Position numbers and translations under genes: made by a program. Source: Clostridiales bacterium (GTDB lineage Bacteria > Bacillota > Clostridia > Saccharofermentanales > Saccharofermentanaceae). From it: a stretch of 64,000 nucleotides of DNA. The stretch is taken from assembly GCA_017511005.1 (NCBI GenBank), contig JAFWLP010000069.1, positions 1,918-65,917 on the forward strand, given 5' to 3'. Of the stretch, positions 10,790 to 20,100 are shown piece by piece. The notes beneath the pieces are model-generated. The model was not told where the DNA came from, made no database searches, and saw only the letters and a list, made by a program, of their open reading frames with translations. How positions within the stretch are numbered: the first letter of the stretch is position 1; each line of letters begins with the position of its first letter.

Positions 10790-11812
10790 TCAAATATTAC
10801 TCCTCATAATAGCCAGTGTATCGGTCAAGCCCTCCAAAAGGGTGTATTTCCCGCTCCATCCCAGGGATTTTAACTTATCCGTCTTTAATACAACATTCTG
10901 CGGCTTGGAAAAACCCTTGCTCTCGATTCCATCCGGAAGATCAAATATGACTTTGGTTCCGGCTATATCTGCTATAGTCTGTGCTACTTCGGCGATCGTG
11001 GCCACGGACTTATCATTAGCGATGTTATATGCCTCACCTGAGGTGCCTTTGAAAAGAACGGCAAGCAGTCCGCTGACGGCATCCATTACATAACAATAGG
11101 TACGTTTCTGCTTGCCTTCACTCTTTAACACGATGTTTTCGCTGTTTAACGCGTTTCTAAGAAACTGGGCATGAGCCTTGCTGTCATTATCGAGCATAGT
11201 CGGTCCGTAGATACTTGATAACCTGGCAATGACGCAGTCCACACCGTATTCGTCGTGATAGGATCTGAAAAGGAATTCAGCCGTACGCTTACTCTCGGAA
11301 TAGCAATAGCGGAGCTGTTTATTATCGATAATACCGAAATCATCTTCGCCATATTCGTCCTGATCGAGTTTTCCGTACACCTCAAAAGTCGAAGTAAACA
11401 AAACTCTGGTATTTTTGCTGTTTTTACAATAATCCAGAACACTTTTGGCACCGATCACGTTTGTAAGTATTGTTTCAGCAGGATAAAGCGCATAAGATCT
11501 CGGATCGGCATTGCTGGCAGTATGGATTATATGCGTCAGACCCTCTATCTCAACGGGTTCGACAATATTCTGCGCGACACAATGAACGTCTCTTGAAGCA
11601 GAGAACTTGCTGTTAAGCCTGTCAATGTTACGTCCGAGGGCATAGATTTCAAACGAACAGTCAAGCATATCATTTGCGATCTGGAACACATCAACCAGAC
11701 ATGTTCCGATAAGGCCGGATGCTCCGGTGATCAGGATCCTGCCGCTGTTAACGGGCAATTCTTTTGCAATTCTCAAAACAGAGTCTCTGTATAAGGGGTT
11801 ATCAAATAACAT
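10790..11812 (-). CDS. NAD-dependent epimerase/reductase (extended SDR), probable CDP-ketose to CDP-alditol reductase
   Basis: TGASGLIG and YSESK (YxxxK). The likely start is ATG 11812, which overlaps the upstream stop (TAATG). Confidence 0.8.
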   Translation of the reverse strand: MLFDNPLYRDSVLRIAKELPVNSGRILITGASGLIGTCLVDVFQIANDMLDCSFEIYALGRNIDRLNSKFSASRDVHCVAQNIVEPVEIEGLTHIIHTASNADPRSYALYPAETILTNVIGAKSVLDYCKNSKNTRVLFTSTFEVYGKLDQDEYGEDDFGIIDNKQLRYCYSESKRTAEFLFRSYHDEYGVDCVIARLSSIYGPTMLDNDSKAHAQFLRNALNSENIVLKSEGKQKRTYCYVMDAVSGLLAVLFKGTSGEAYNIANDKSVATIAEVAQTIADIAGTKVIFDLPDGIESKGFSKPQNVVLKTDKLKSLGWSGKYTLLEGLTDTLAIMRSNI

Positions 11813-12528
11813 TAATGCAACCAATCCTCTTTTTTCGAACTGAGTAATGATTTGAATATCTCTATATCCTCAGTAGTTGTCAGCTTAAGATTCTTCTCTG
11901 ATCCCTGGGACATATACAGTTTTCTGCCCAATTCGATATACATGGTACAGGAAGCAACCGAATTGGTTATTCCCTTCTCCAAAGCCTCTTTATGTGCAGC
12001 AACGATATCCTGAACGAAAAAGGCCTGAGGAGTCTGGGTGATCTTGAGATTATCCCTGGGGACCTGCTCTGTAGTGGAAACGGAATCATAAGTCTTGAGC
12101 ATGGCAGCCGTACAGGGAACAACAGTAATGGCATTTCCGTATTCACGGCATACCCTGATATTGTCTGAGATTACTTCCTCACTGATCATCGGACGGATCG
12201 CATCGTGTACCAAAACAATGTCATCGGGGGAATTATGCCTTGTTGCTATATCGTAGATTCCGTTCCTGATGGAATCCTGACCGTTCTTGCCGCCATTAAC
12301 AACATTCTCAAGCTTGGCAATTCCGAACTGCTTTGCATAAGCTTTAAGAGCACCCTGCCAATCCTCGAGACATACGACTTCGATCGCATCGATCTCAGGA
12401 TGTCTCTGGAATGCTTCAAGCGTATAAATGATTACAGGCTTATCAAAAACATTGATAAACTGCTTCGGAATATCCTGATGCATCCTGGCACCAACGCCAC
12501 CCGCTATAATCAGTCCAATATTAGCCAT
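11812..12528 (-). CDS. IspD/TarI-family cytidylyltransferase
   Basis: IAGGVGARM, PKQF, HDAIRP, QTPQ and KLTT motifs. Confidence 0.9.
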   Translation of the reverse strand: MANIGLIIAGGVGARMHQDIPKQFINVFDKPVIIYTLEAFQRHPEIDAIEVVCLEDWQGALKAYAKQFGIAKLENVVNGGKNGQDSIRNGIYDIATRHNSPDDIVLVHDAIRPMISEEVISDNIRVCREYGNAITVVPCTAAMLKTYDSVSTTEQVPRDNLKITQTPQAFFVQDIVAAHKEALEKGITNSVASCTMYIELGRKLYMSQGSEKNLKLTTTEDIEIFKSLLSSKKEDWLH

Positions 12529-13439
12529 TACTTATTCTCCTCCGAATCATCATATTCCGTTCCTTTATATTCCTTATAAGACTTCTTCAGATCGATAAAT
12601 GCAGGAGTAAACTTGGGGATCCTCTCATCCTCAGGAGGCAAAGTCATAAAATCACCATATCTTACTTCGAGATATTTCTCGGGATATGTCGGACAATATA
12701 CTTTATGTCCTTCGAACATTAATTCCTTGGGTTCCTTGAACCATTCCGCCTTATATAACCTGCAGCCATTCTTGTAACCGCAAACAAGTTCACCGACATA
12801 GGTAGTTTCACGGTCGTTATACTTGCTCATTCTCTTCTCGCAACGGGACCATATCTTGTACCTGAGTGACTTTGATCTTATGATTCCGAGAAGGATCTTG
12901 GTAACTACTTTCGCCAGACCGCCATGCTGATTCGGAATACGCTGGGCATTGAACAAAGAGAATACCATACCGTTAAAGACCTGGATCTTCCTGGCAAAAG
13001 CATTATCAGACAGCTTGTCCCAGACAAGAATATCAATAGGCATTCCGTGATTCATGTCATAATGCGTGTTATGGCTTCTTATATATGTAGTGTTGACGTC
13101 TTTGATCGCACCGACCTGTGCGCGCATGTTATTGGTTTCAGTGGTCCTGTCAAAGACATATCTGCTTGTATCAGCATACTGATCCCAGATCTTTGTCAGT
13201 TTCTCATAATCATCACGGAGCATAATGACATCGACATCACAATCCCACGGAATATATCCCTGATGTCTTACGGCACCGATACAGGTGCCTCCAGCAAGAT
13301 AATACCTGAGACCATGCTTTCTGCAGAAATCATCAAAATAGAGCAGGATCTCCAACAGTTTATCCTGATAGTCCTTTAATGAAGTAGTCTCATTCAGCAT
13401 GTAAACACTAGGGTCTTTTACCGGTCCTAAAACCGCCAT
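12528..13439 (-). CDS. LicD-family phosphotransferase (CDP-alditol-P/choline-P transferase)
   Basis: GGTCIGAVRHQGYIPWDCDVDV. Likely start ATG 13439 (GAGG RBS); the stop overlaps the next ATG. Confidence 0.9.
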   Translation of the reverse strand: MAVLGPVKDPSVYMLNETTSLKDYQDKLLEILLYFDDFCRKHGLRYYLAGGTCIGAVRHQGYIPWDCDVDVIMLRDDYEKLTKIWDQYADTSRYVFDRTTETNNMRAQVGAIKDVNTTYIRSHNTHYDMNHGMPIDILVWDKLSDNAFARKIQVFNGMVFSLFNAQRIPNQHGGLAKVVTKILLGIIRSKSLRYKIWSRCEKRMSKYNDRETTYVGELVCGYKNGCRLYKAEWFKEPKELMFEGHKVYCPTYPEKYLEVRYGDFMTLPPEDERIPKFTPAFIDLKKSYKEYKGTEYDDSEENK

Positions 13440-13480
13440 ACTATTTTCCTCTCTTATCTGTAATCGATTGGCCAAATGCC

Positions 13481-14413
13481 TTATTTTATTGCTTCAATTC
13501 TTTTCTTAACGTCTTCAGGGAGCTTCAGTTCCGCAGCTTTCACATTTGATTCCAGGTGCGGAACACTTAATGTATTAAATGTAGCAGAAGCTATATTGGG
13601 ATTCTCCAGTATATAAGCCAAAGAAACCTGTTGAGGTGTAAAACCTTCAACGTTATTTACAAAGTCAAACTGTTTGCTTCTTTTCAGATCTGCCTTGAAT
13701 TTCTTATATGCCCTGGCAAGATACCAAAGTTCATTTCTGTTACGCGGAATACGTCTTAATGTATTCAAAGAACGGTTCAATGAGCCACCGGATAAAATAC
13801 CGATGCCGTTTTCAGTTAAGGTATCAATAACAGGATTTCTCCTAGCCTCTGAATAATTATATGTCATCATTACATAATCAAAGCACTTTTCTTTGCTTAT
13901 CCAGTTTGAGAATTCATCTGAAACCCCGCTGACTCCATAGGCATGAATGACTCCTTGCTTTTTCAGATCTTCAAGAAGATGGAAAAGACGGTCACTCAGG
14001 ACTTCTGGTTTTGCTCCGTGTATGGCGAATAAGTCAACATAGTCCAATTTGAGTCTTTTCAGACTGATCTCAATGGATTTCTCGATCCATTCAGGTGAAT
14101 AATCGTTGGGACCGTAAGAACCATCTTCATTTAATGTCTCACAGCCTTTGGTCTGAATAATCAGGTCCTCTCTCTTTATTCCTTCACCAAACAATCTCTC
14201 AAGGCACCTGCCAAGTCTTTCTTCACAATATCCGTAATTAAATCCGGTATCAAAAAAATTGATGCCAAGCTTATATGCAGTCAGCACAAGAGAATAAGCC
14301 TGATCTTCCGTAATACCCGGCTTTCCAAGAAAATCCTTTCCGAATTGAGCCGTGCACCCGTAACCTAATTCAGATAACAGAATTCCAGTTTTTCCTAATT
14401 CCCGTTTGTTCAT
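13481..14413 (-). CDS. Aldo/keto reductase
   Basis: LGKTG...LGYG, FFDTGFNYG (Asp, Tyr), TKG (Lys), SLKRLKLDYVDLFAIH (His). Confidence 0.88.
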   Translation of the reverse strand: MNKRELGKTGILLSELGYGCTAQFGKDFLGKPGITEDQAYSLVLTAYKLGINFFDTGFNYGYCEERLGRCLERLFGEGIKREDLIIQTKGCETLNEDGSYGPNDYSPEWIEKSIEISLKRLKLDYVDLFAIHGAKPEVLSDRLFHLLEDLKKQGVIHAYGVSGVSDEFSNWISKEKCFDYVMMTYNYSEARRNPVIDTLTENGIGILSGGSLNRSLNTLRRIPRNRNELWYLARAYKKFKADLKRSKQFDFVNNVEGFTPQQVSLAYILENPNIASATFNTLSVPHLESNVKAAELKLPEDVKKRIEAIK

Positions 14414-14415
14414 GT

Positions 14416-15255
14416 TTACGCACCTTTACCTTTATTATTTCCTGTTCCGCCTTCTACTACAGACTCATCTCCCCCGAAAACTCCGACTGAACCGAAGAAA
14501 CATTTGAGATCCATACCCAGACTCATATGATTGCAGTAATATCCGTCGAGTTCCGCCTTTACAGGAATCTCGAGCTCATCCCTGCCGTTGATCTGCGCCC
14601 AGCCCGTAAGTCCGGGTTTTACGTCATTAGCGTTGTACTTATCACGTTCAGCCGTAAGAAGGTCCTGATTCCAAAGACCAGGTCTGGGACCGATTACAGA
14701 CATATTGCCAATAAAAATATCCCAGATCTGCGGAAGCTCATCAAGACTGTGCGATCTTATAAACTTACCTGATTTGGTTATATACTGATCAGGGTTCTCA
14801 AGCATATGTGTCGGTTTATCATGAGGTGTGGACATCTTCATAGATCTGAACTTATGAAGCTTGAAGAACTGTTTATCCCTGCCGATCCTCTTTTGCGTGA
14901 ACAAAACCGGACCCGGATCGTCTATGACTATCCAAAGTGAAAGGAATAAGAAGACCGGTGAAAGCAGTACCAGACCAAAAAAGGACAATATAATGTCAAA
15001 GAGTCTTTTGAATACTTTCTCGTAGATTCCTGCTTTATGATCCGTATCACCAATAGCTATAAGGTGACCTCTGACACCGTCGGCATTTTCCTTCTCGGAG
15101 TCATTTTCTATGAACTTTACTCTCTTTCCCTCCATGGGATTCTTTTCTTCAGGCTTGTTCCTGTATACAGAAGACGGCTTCTTGATAATAGCCAGCAACG
15201 CCATGACTAAAGCAATGGCAGCTATAACAATCAGTATGATCAACAAAACTTTCAT
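14416..15255 (-). CDS. Priming phosphoglycosyltransferase (Bac_transf) with N-terminal TM extension
   Basis: KRLFDI, KFRSM, SLDELPQ, GPRP and KPGLTGWAQINGR motifs. Confidence 0.9.
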   Translation of the reverse strand: MKVLLIILIVIAAIALVMALLAIIKKPSSVYRNKPEEKNPMEGKRVKFIENDSEKENADGVRGHLIAIGDTDHKAGIYEKVFKRLFDIILSFFGLVLLSPVFLFLSLWIVIDDPGPVLFTQKRIGRDKQFFKLHKFRSMKMSTPHDKPTHMLENPDQYITKSGKFIRSHSLDELPQIWDIFIGNMSVIGPRPGLWNQDLLTAERDKYNANDVKPGLTGWAQINGRDELEIPVKAELDGYYCNHMSLGMDLKCFFGSVGVFGGDESVVEGGTGNNKGKGA

Positions 15256-15282
15256 ATACTTCTTCTCTTTCTATACACAGTA

Positions 15283-15657
15283 TTACTCATGCAATTCTAT
15301 CGGCAATCCGTCAGGATCTGAAATAAAACAATACCTGTCACCTATCCAGTCATTCATTACCGGTCCGGCTTCAATGTCCAGTTCCTTCAATGTTTCCTCT
15401 ATACTGTTCACCTTAAAGGCCAGATGTCTCAACCCCTTCGCTTCAGGATTGGTAACCCTCTCCGGATGATTGGGATCTATAAAAATCTCAAGCTTTGTAC
15501 CGTCGCCTTCCAGATGGATAATCACTACTGTATCATTAATCCTTTCTTTACGGTACAGTTCTTTGAAACCCAGTCTCTTATAGAAACTGATTCCCTCTTC
15601 CGAACTTACTATTATAGCAATATGATCGATACTTTTAATCATAGGCGGCAAACTCAT
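15283..15657 (-). CDS. VOC/glyoxalase-family protein
   Basis: IDHIAI, LEIF, LRHLAF and DPDGLPIEL (H/E/H/E metal ligands); ATGA overlap with the upstream gene. Confidence 0.85.
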   Translation of the reverse strand: MSLPPMIKSIDHIAIIVSSEEGISFYKRLGFKELYRKERINDTVVIIHLEGDGTKLEIFIDPNHPERVTNPEAKGLRHLAFKVNSIEETLKELDIEAGPVMNDWIGDRYCFISDPDGLPIELHE

Positions 15658-17774
15658 TCCTTTTTCGCTTTCACTACTGATTCAAGCTTCTCAATAATAT
15701 ATGACACATCATCATCAGAAAGTTTGGTGTGAAGAGGCAGCGTGATCAGGTTATGGTAATAATCATATGTATTGGGGAAATCTTTAATATCCCATCCCAT
15801 ATCCTTGTAAGCAGTCATCATAGGCATGGGCTTGTAATGCACATTGGTGGATACACCCTGCTCTGCCATCTCCGCGATCAATTCATTGCGCCTCTCGACA
15901 GAGATGTCAGGAATCCTTATAAGATACAAATGATTGGAACTGTCCATATTATCAGTATGGTGAATGAGATGACTTATGCCTAGTCTGTCACAAGCCTCGT
16001 CATATCTTCTGATTATATCAATCCTTCTGTCAAGAAGACCGGCATATCTGTCGAGCTGCCTTAATCCTATCGCAGCCATGATATCGGTCATATTGCATTT
16101 ATACCAGGGACCTACAATGTCATATTCCCAGGCTCCGACTTTGGATTTGGCAAGAGCATCCTTACTTTGACCGTGAAGTGAAAGAAGCTGATACATATGG
16201 TATATTTCAGCATCATCTATGCCGTCGATTGTTTTCCAGGTGCTTGCTCCGCCTTCAGCTGTCGTGAAATTCTTAACCGCATGGAAAGAGAAAGAGGTAA
16301 AATCTGCGATTGCGCCACAGTATTTTTTCTCACCTCTGAAAATCCTGCTGGCACCGAGAGAATGGGCTCCATCGGCAACAACAGCCACCCTGCCAATGGC
16401 CTTCTGAATCCTTGAAGAAAGATCTCCTAACGGTTTGCCGTCACTTTCTTTAGGTGTAAACAGAGATTTTTTCCTCTCAACTATCTCAAAGACCTTATCG
16501 TAATCACAGATAATTCCGCCAAGATCAACTGTAATAACCGCTTTTGTCTTGTCAGTTATGGCATTCTCAAGAGCAGAATAGTCCATCTCAGGCATATGCG
16601 TAACGGTATCACCGTCTTTTTGTATATCTATAAATTTGACAGTTGCACCGCAGTGAACCGCAGCTGATGCTGAAGCCGTATAAGAATAAGCGGGAACTAT
16701 GACTTCGTCACCTTCACCAATACCCAGAACACGGAGATTAAGCTCTTCTGCCGCAGTTGCTGAATAAAGACAAGCTACTCTGTTGCTCCATCTTGCCGGA
16801 TCACTTTCAGTATCATAATCAGTCTTTCCCTTCTCGATGTATGCAGCCAGACGTCTCTCAAGCAGCTTTACACGCGGTCCGGTAGTGATCCATCCACTCT
16901 TCATGGCTTCAACGACTTCGTTGATCTCAGCATCGCTTATATCCGGAGGTGAGAAAGGAATGCTCTTTCTCTCATCAAGGTCCTGACTCTGTTGAGTACT
17001 GATTACATCTACAAACGAATCAACATCACCCTTATAACTGAAGAATGATGTATAGTCGCTGAATTGGATCTGATGTTCTTTACAAAACTTTATAATTGTT
17101 TTTCTGTACTTGGCATCAACTTTTCCGTCAGCAAGGAACAATGCCTTGATCCTATTCTTTGCAATAACTGCCTCAAATTCATCTTTGCCGTATACGGGAA
17201 TACCGTTCATAAGCTTCCCTGAATCCTTACTATTCGGGTCTATTACGGCAACTGGTCTGTATTGGACACCCATACTGAGCAGTTTCAGTGTCTGACTGCC
17301 GTTTTCCTTGGTACCGATAACAAGAGCGTTATTGGCTTTGGCCTTGCCTACCTGACGTTTCTCCAAAAGGAATAATCTATATGCAAATCTGAACGCAGCA
17401 GTCGCGAAAAGCTGCATGAATGCACCCATGGCATAATATGAGATCGGCATTCTCTGATAGAAAAAGACCGTGATGATAATGTGAGCGGCACAAGTTATCA
17501 GATTTGCAAAGATAATCCTGTTAACGTCCCCGATTCCCGCATATCTCCACATGCCGTCGTAAAGCTTGAACAGCATAAATACCAAAATACAGATAATCGT
17601 ATAAAACGGAGCGAAATTGATAACAGTATCAAGATATCTGTCGATCAGCGGATCTATTTTGCTTCCGAGAGAGAATCTTAGCAGTAATGCCAGAAAATAA
17701 GCTGCATTAACTGCTATAACATCAAGCAGTAATAAAAAGAAATCATATTTGAAAAATCTTTTTAGTCGGTCCAT
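15654..17774 (-). CDS. Fusion: CapD-type N-terminal membrane/Rossmann module + DegT/DnrJ PLP sugar aminotransferase (AatB/WcfR-like)
   Basis: N-terminus is paralogous to that of 17788-19716; C-terminus has IPFSPPDI, WITTGP and SFSFHAVKNFTTAEGG. Confidence 0.88.
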   Translation of the reverse strand: MDRLKRFFKYDFFLLLLDVIAVNAAYFLALLLRFSLGSKIDPLIDRYLDTVINFAPFYTIICILVFMLFKLYDGMWRYAGIGDVNRIIFANLITCAAHIIITVFFYQRMPISYYAMGAFMQLFATAAFRFAYRLFLLEKRQVGKAKANNALVIGTKENGSQTLKLLSMGVQYRPVAVIDPNSKDSGKLMNGIPVYGKDEFEAVIAKNRIKALFLADGKVDAKYRKTIIKFCKEHQIQFSDYTSFFSYKGDVDSFVDVISTQQSQDLDERKSIPFSPPDISDAEINEVVEAMKSGWITTGPRVKLLERRLAAYIEKGKTDYDTESDPARWSNRVACLYSATAAEELNLRVLGIGEGDEVIVPAYSYTASASAAVHCGATVKFIDIQKDGDTVTHMPEMDYSALENAITDKTKAVITVDLGGIICDYDKVFEIVERKKSLFTPKESDGKPLGDLSSRIQKAIGRVAVVADGAHSLGASRIFRGEKKYCGAIADFTSFSFHAVKNFTTAEGGASTWKTIDGIDDAEIYHMYQLLSLHGQSKDALAKSKVGAWEYDIVGPWYKCNMTDIMAAIGLRQLDRYAGLLDRRIDIIRRYDEACDRLGISHLIHHTDNMDSSNHLYLIRIPDISVERRNELIAEMAEQGVSTNVHYKPMPMMTAYKDMGWDIKDFPNTYDYYHNLITLPLHTKLSDDDVSYIIEKLESVVKAKKE

Positions 17775-17787
17775 TTAATTATTTCTG

Positions 17788-19716
17788 TCAGTTTGAACCT
17801 ATCTTATATGTAGGCACGATTTCCTGAACGATTTCCTTTATATTCTTGTCATCAGCTTTACTCTCTTTATCAAGCTCGGCAAGTTTTGTCTTGAACCATT
17901 CATCGTCCATCTCAATTGGTTTGCCGATGAAGATAAGCTTGTTATCAGTCATCTGCATACCCTCTTCAGCCATGAGCTTCTCCTCATAGAGCTTCTCTCC
18001 GGGACGGAGACCGGTATACTCGATCTTGATATCAACATCAGGTCTCAGACCGGAAAGCTTAATAAGGTTTCTGGCCATGTCATCGATCTTGACGGGTTCA
18101 CCCATGTCAAGGACAAAGATCTCTCCGCCCTTCGCATAGTATGAAGCCTGAAGTACAAGAGACACGGCTTCCGGAATAGTCATGAAAAATCTATTGATGT
18201 CTTTGTGAGTAACGGTAACAGGACCGCCTTCAGCGATCTGCTTCTTGAACAGCGGGATTACAGAACCGTTAGAACCCAATACATTACCGAATCTGACAGC
18301 AACATACGATGTTCCGGGCGTTTCCCTGTCCATCATCTGGATGATCATCTCACAGATTCTCTTAGTTGCACCCATGATGTTGGTAGGATTAACGGCCTTA
18401 TCCGTTGAGATAAGCACAAACTTCTTAACACCTGCCATTGCAGCAGCTTTGGCAGTCTTATATGTACCCATTACATTGTTCTTAATTGCCTCATTAGGGC
18501 TTTCCTCCATAAGAGGAACATGCTTATGGGCTGCGGCATGGAAAACGATATCAGGCTTATACTCCTGCATTACGCTCGTAATCCTGTGAGTATTGCGGAC
18601 AGAACCGATAAGTGTAACAAGATTAAGGCCTTTATCCCTATATTTTCTTATAAGTTCCTGCTGGATCTCATATGCATTATTCTCATAAATATCAAAGATA
18701 ATTAACTGTTTTGGCTCATGTGATGCGATCTGACGGCAAAGTTCAGATCCTATGGATCCGCCACCTCCCGTAACAAGAACGGTCTTGCCTTTGATCATAT
18801 TGAACACTTTCTCATTATCGACAGTAATGGGATCTCTGCCGAGAAGGTCATTCAGTTCAACATTACGGACTCTGGATATGCTGACTTCACCTTTTGCAAG
18901 CTGATATACACCGGGAATGATCCTTAATTTACATCCGGTTTCCTTAGCAATATTGAGGATTTCTTTACGGTTTGTTCCCGAAGCCGTCGGTATAGCGAAA
19001 ATGATAGTATCAATATTGTATTCTGCGGCTTTTGAGATAATGTCATTTCTTCCGCCTACGATAGGTACACCAAATAGAGACCTGCCGATCTTATTCTCAT
19101 TATCATCAATAACGCATACAGGCACCTGATTACTGTGTGAAGAATTCTTCAACTCTTTGATCAGAACTGAACCTGAATCGCCTGCGCCTATTATCATTAC
19201 ACGTTCTTCACGGGATTCTTTCTCGGTAGTATTTGAATTGATCGCACCTCCAAGTCTCCTTAAGATCCTGTATGCGAATCTGATGCCGATCTGACAGACA
19301 ATGCATCCGACTATACCGATCATATAAAAAGATATAGGCATTCTGAGTCTCAAGAGCAGAGACGAGAGAACCATTAACGGAGCGACCAGGCAATATGACC
19401 TCAGAACCTGTAAAGCTTCATCAATGCTGACAAAACTCCATATACTGTGGTAGAGCTTTGTACCAAAGAAAACAACTACAACGAAAATGCACCAAATAGG
19501 CATCAGGTAGAGATACCAGAGAAAATAATCATGCGGAATGCTTCCGAAAGAAAAATCAAATCTCAGAAGAAGAGCCATAAAGAAACAGAAGTATGTGGAA
19601 ACAATGTCTCCAAACATAACCACCAAAGCGTTACGGATCCACTTCTTGTTCGATAAGTGATTACCGTTCTGCTTTTTTGCTTTATCCGTTTGTCTTATTT
19701 CTTTTGCTTCGCTCAT
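17788..19716 (-). CDS. CapD/PglF/AatA-type membrane-anchored UDP-GlcNAc 4,6-dehydratase
   Basis: 4 TM; IIGAGDSG, VTGGGGSIGSEL, HAAAHKHVP, STDKAV, MGATK, RFGNV and GEKLYE. Start is either 19716 (AAGGA RBS) or 19743. Confidence 0.92.
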   Translation of the reverse strand: MSEAKEIRQTDKAKKQNGNHLSNKKWIRNALVVMFGDIVSTYFCFFMALLLRFDFSFGSIPHDYFLWYLYLMPIWCIFVVVVFFGTKLYHSIWSFVSIDEALQVLRSYCLVAPLMVLSSLLLRLRMPISFYMIGIVGCIVCQIGIRFAYRILRRLGGAINSNTTEKESREERVMIIGAGDSGSVLIKELKNSSHSNQVPVCVIDDNENKIGRSLFGVPIVGGRNDIISKAAEYNIDTIIFAIPTASGTNRKEILNIAKETGCKLRIIPGVYQLAKGEVSISRVRNVELNDLLGRDPITVDNEKVFNMIKGKTVLVTGGGGSIGSELCRQIASHEPKQLIIFDIYENNAYEIQQELIRKYRDKGLNLVTLIGSVRNTHRITSVMQEYKPDIVFHAAAHKHVPLMEESPNEAIKNNVMGTYKTAKAAAMAGVKKFVLISTDKAVNPTNIMGATKRICEMIIQMMDRETPGTSYVAVRFGNVLGSNGSVIPLFKKQIAEGGPVTVTHKDINRFFMTIPEAVSLVLQASYYAKGGEIFVLDMGEPVKIDDMARNLIKLSGLRPDVDIKIEYTGLRPGEKLYEEKLMAEEGMQMTDNKLIFIGKPIEMDDEWFKTKLAELDKESKADDKNIKEIVQEIVPTYKIGSN

Positions 19717-19876
19717 ATCCTTTTGACCTATTCTTCTATGCATTTTATATTTCGACAGTCACTAAAGACTTCTGAAAATGTCTAATCCAAAACAAACAGG
19801 AGCCATTCTCAATGCGCAAACAAAGAAAACGTCTGAACATAGACCTGCTTTTTATGATATAGATTATCAAAAATAG

Positions 19877-19925
19877 ATTATAATACACTTGTGCGCTTAT
19901 ACAAACCTTGTGCGAATAAACAAAC
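19877..19925 (-). promoter_or_regulatory. Candidate cluster-1 promoter overlapped by a tandem 19-bp repeat (TTGT-N8-ACAA x2)
   Basis: Minus-strand TTGTAT(19904-19899)-N16-TATAAT(19882-19877); repeat units 19888-19906 and 19907-19925 match 16/19. Confidence 0.45.
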
Positions 19926-20100
19926 CATCAACATTTAATTATTTAAACTTTGTTTTGAAAGTCAAACATTCTGTTTATGACTTATCTGTAAAAAAAGTAA
20001 TATAGACAAAACCGATCATGTTTTGTATTATCGTGTCTGTAAAAAATAAATATAAGGTTTTATGCTTATATGCTGAACCGAATTCTAAGGAGATTCTTTG

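Noticed and set aside
11812-12528. MEP-pathway ispD
   Set aside because: Translational coupling to LicD and an SDR inside a glycan operon indicates CDP-alditol synthesis.
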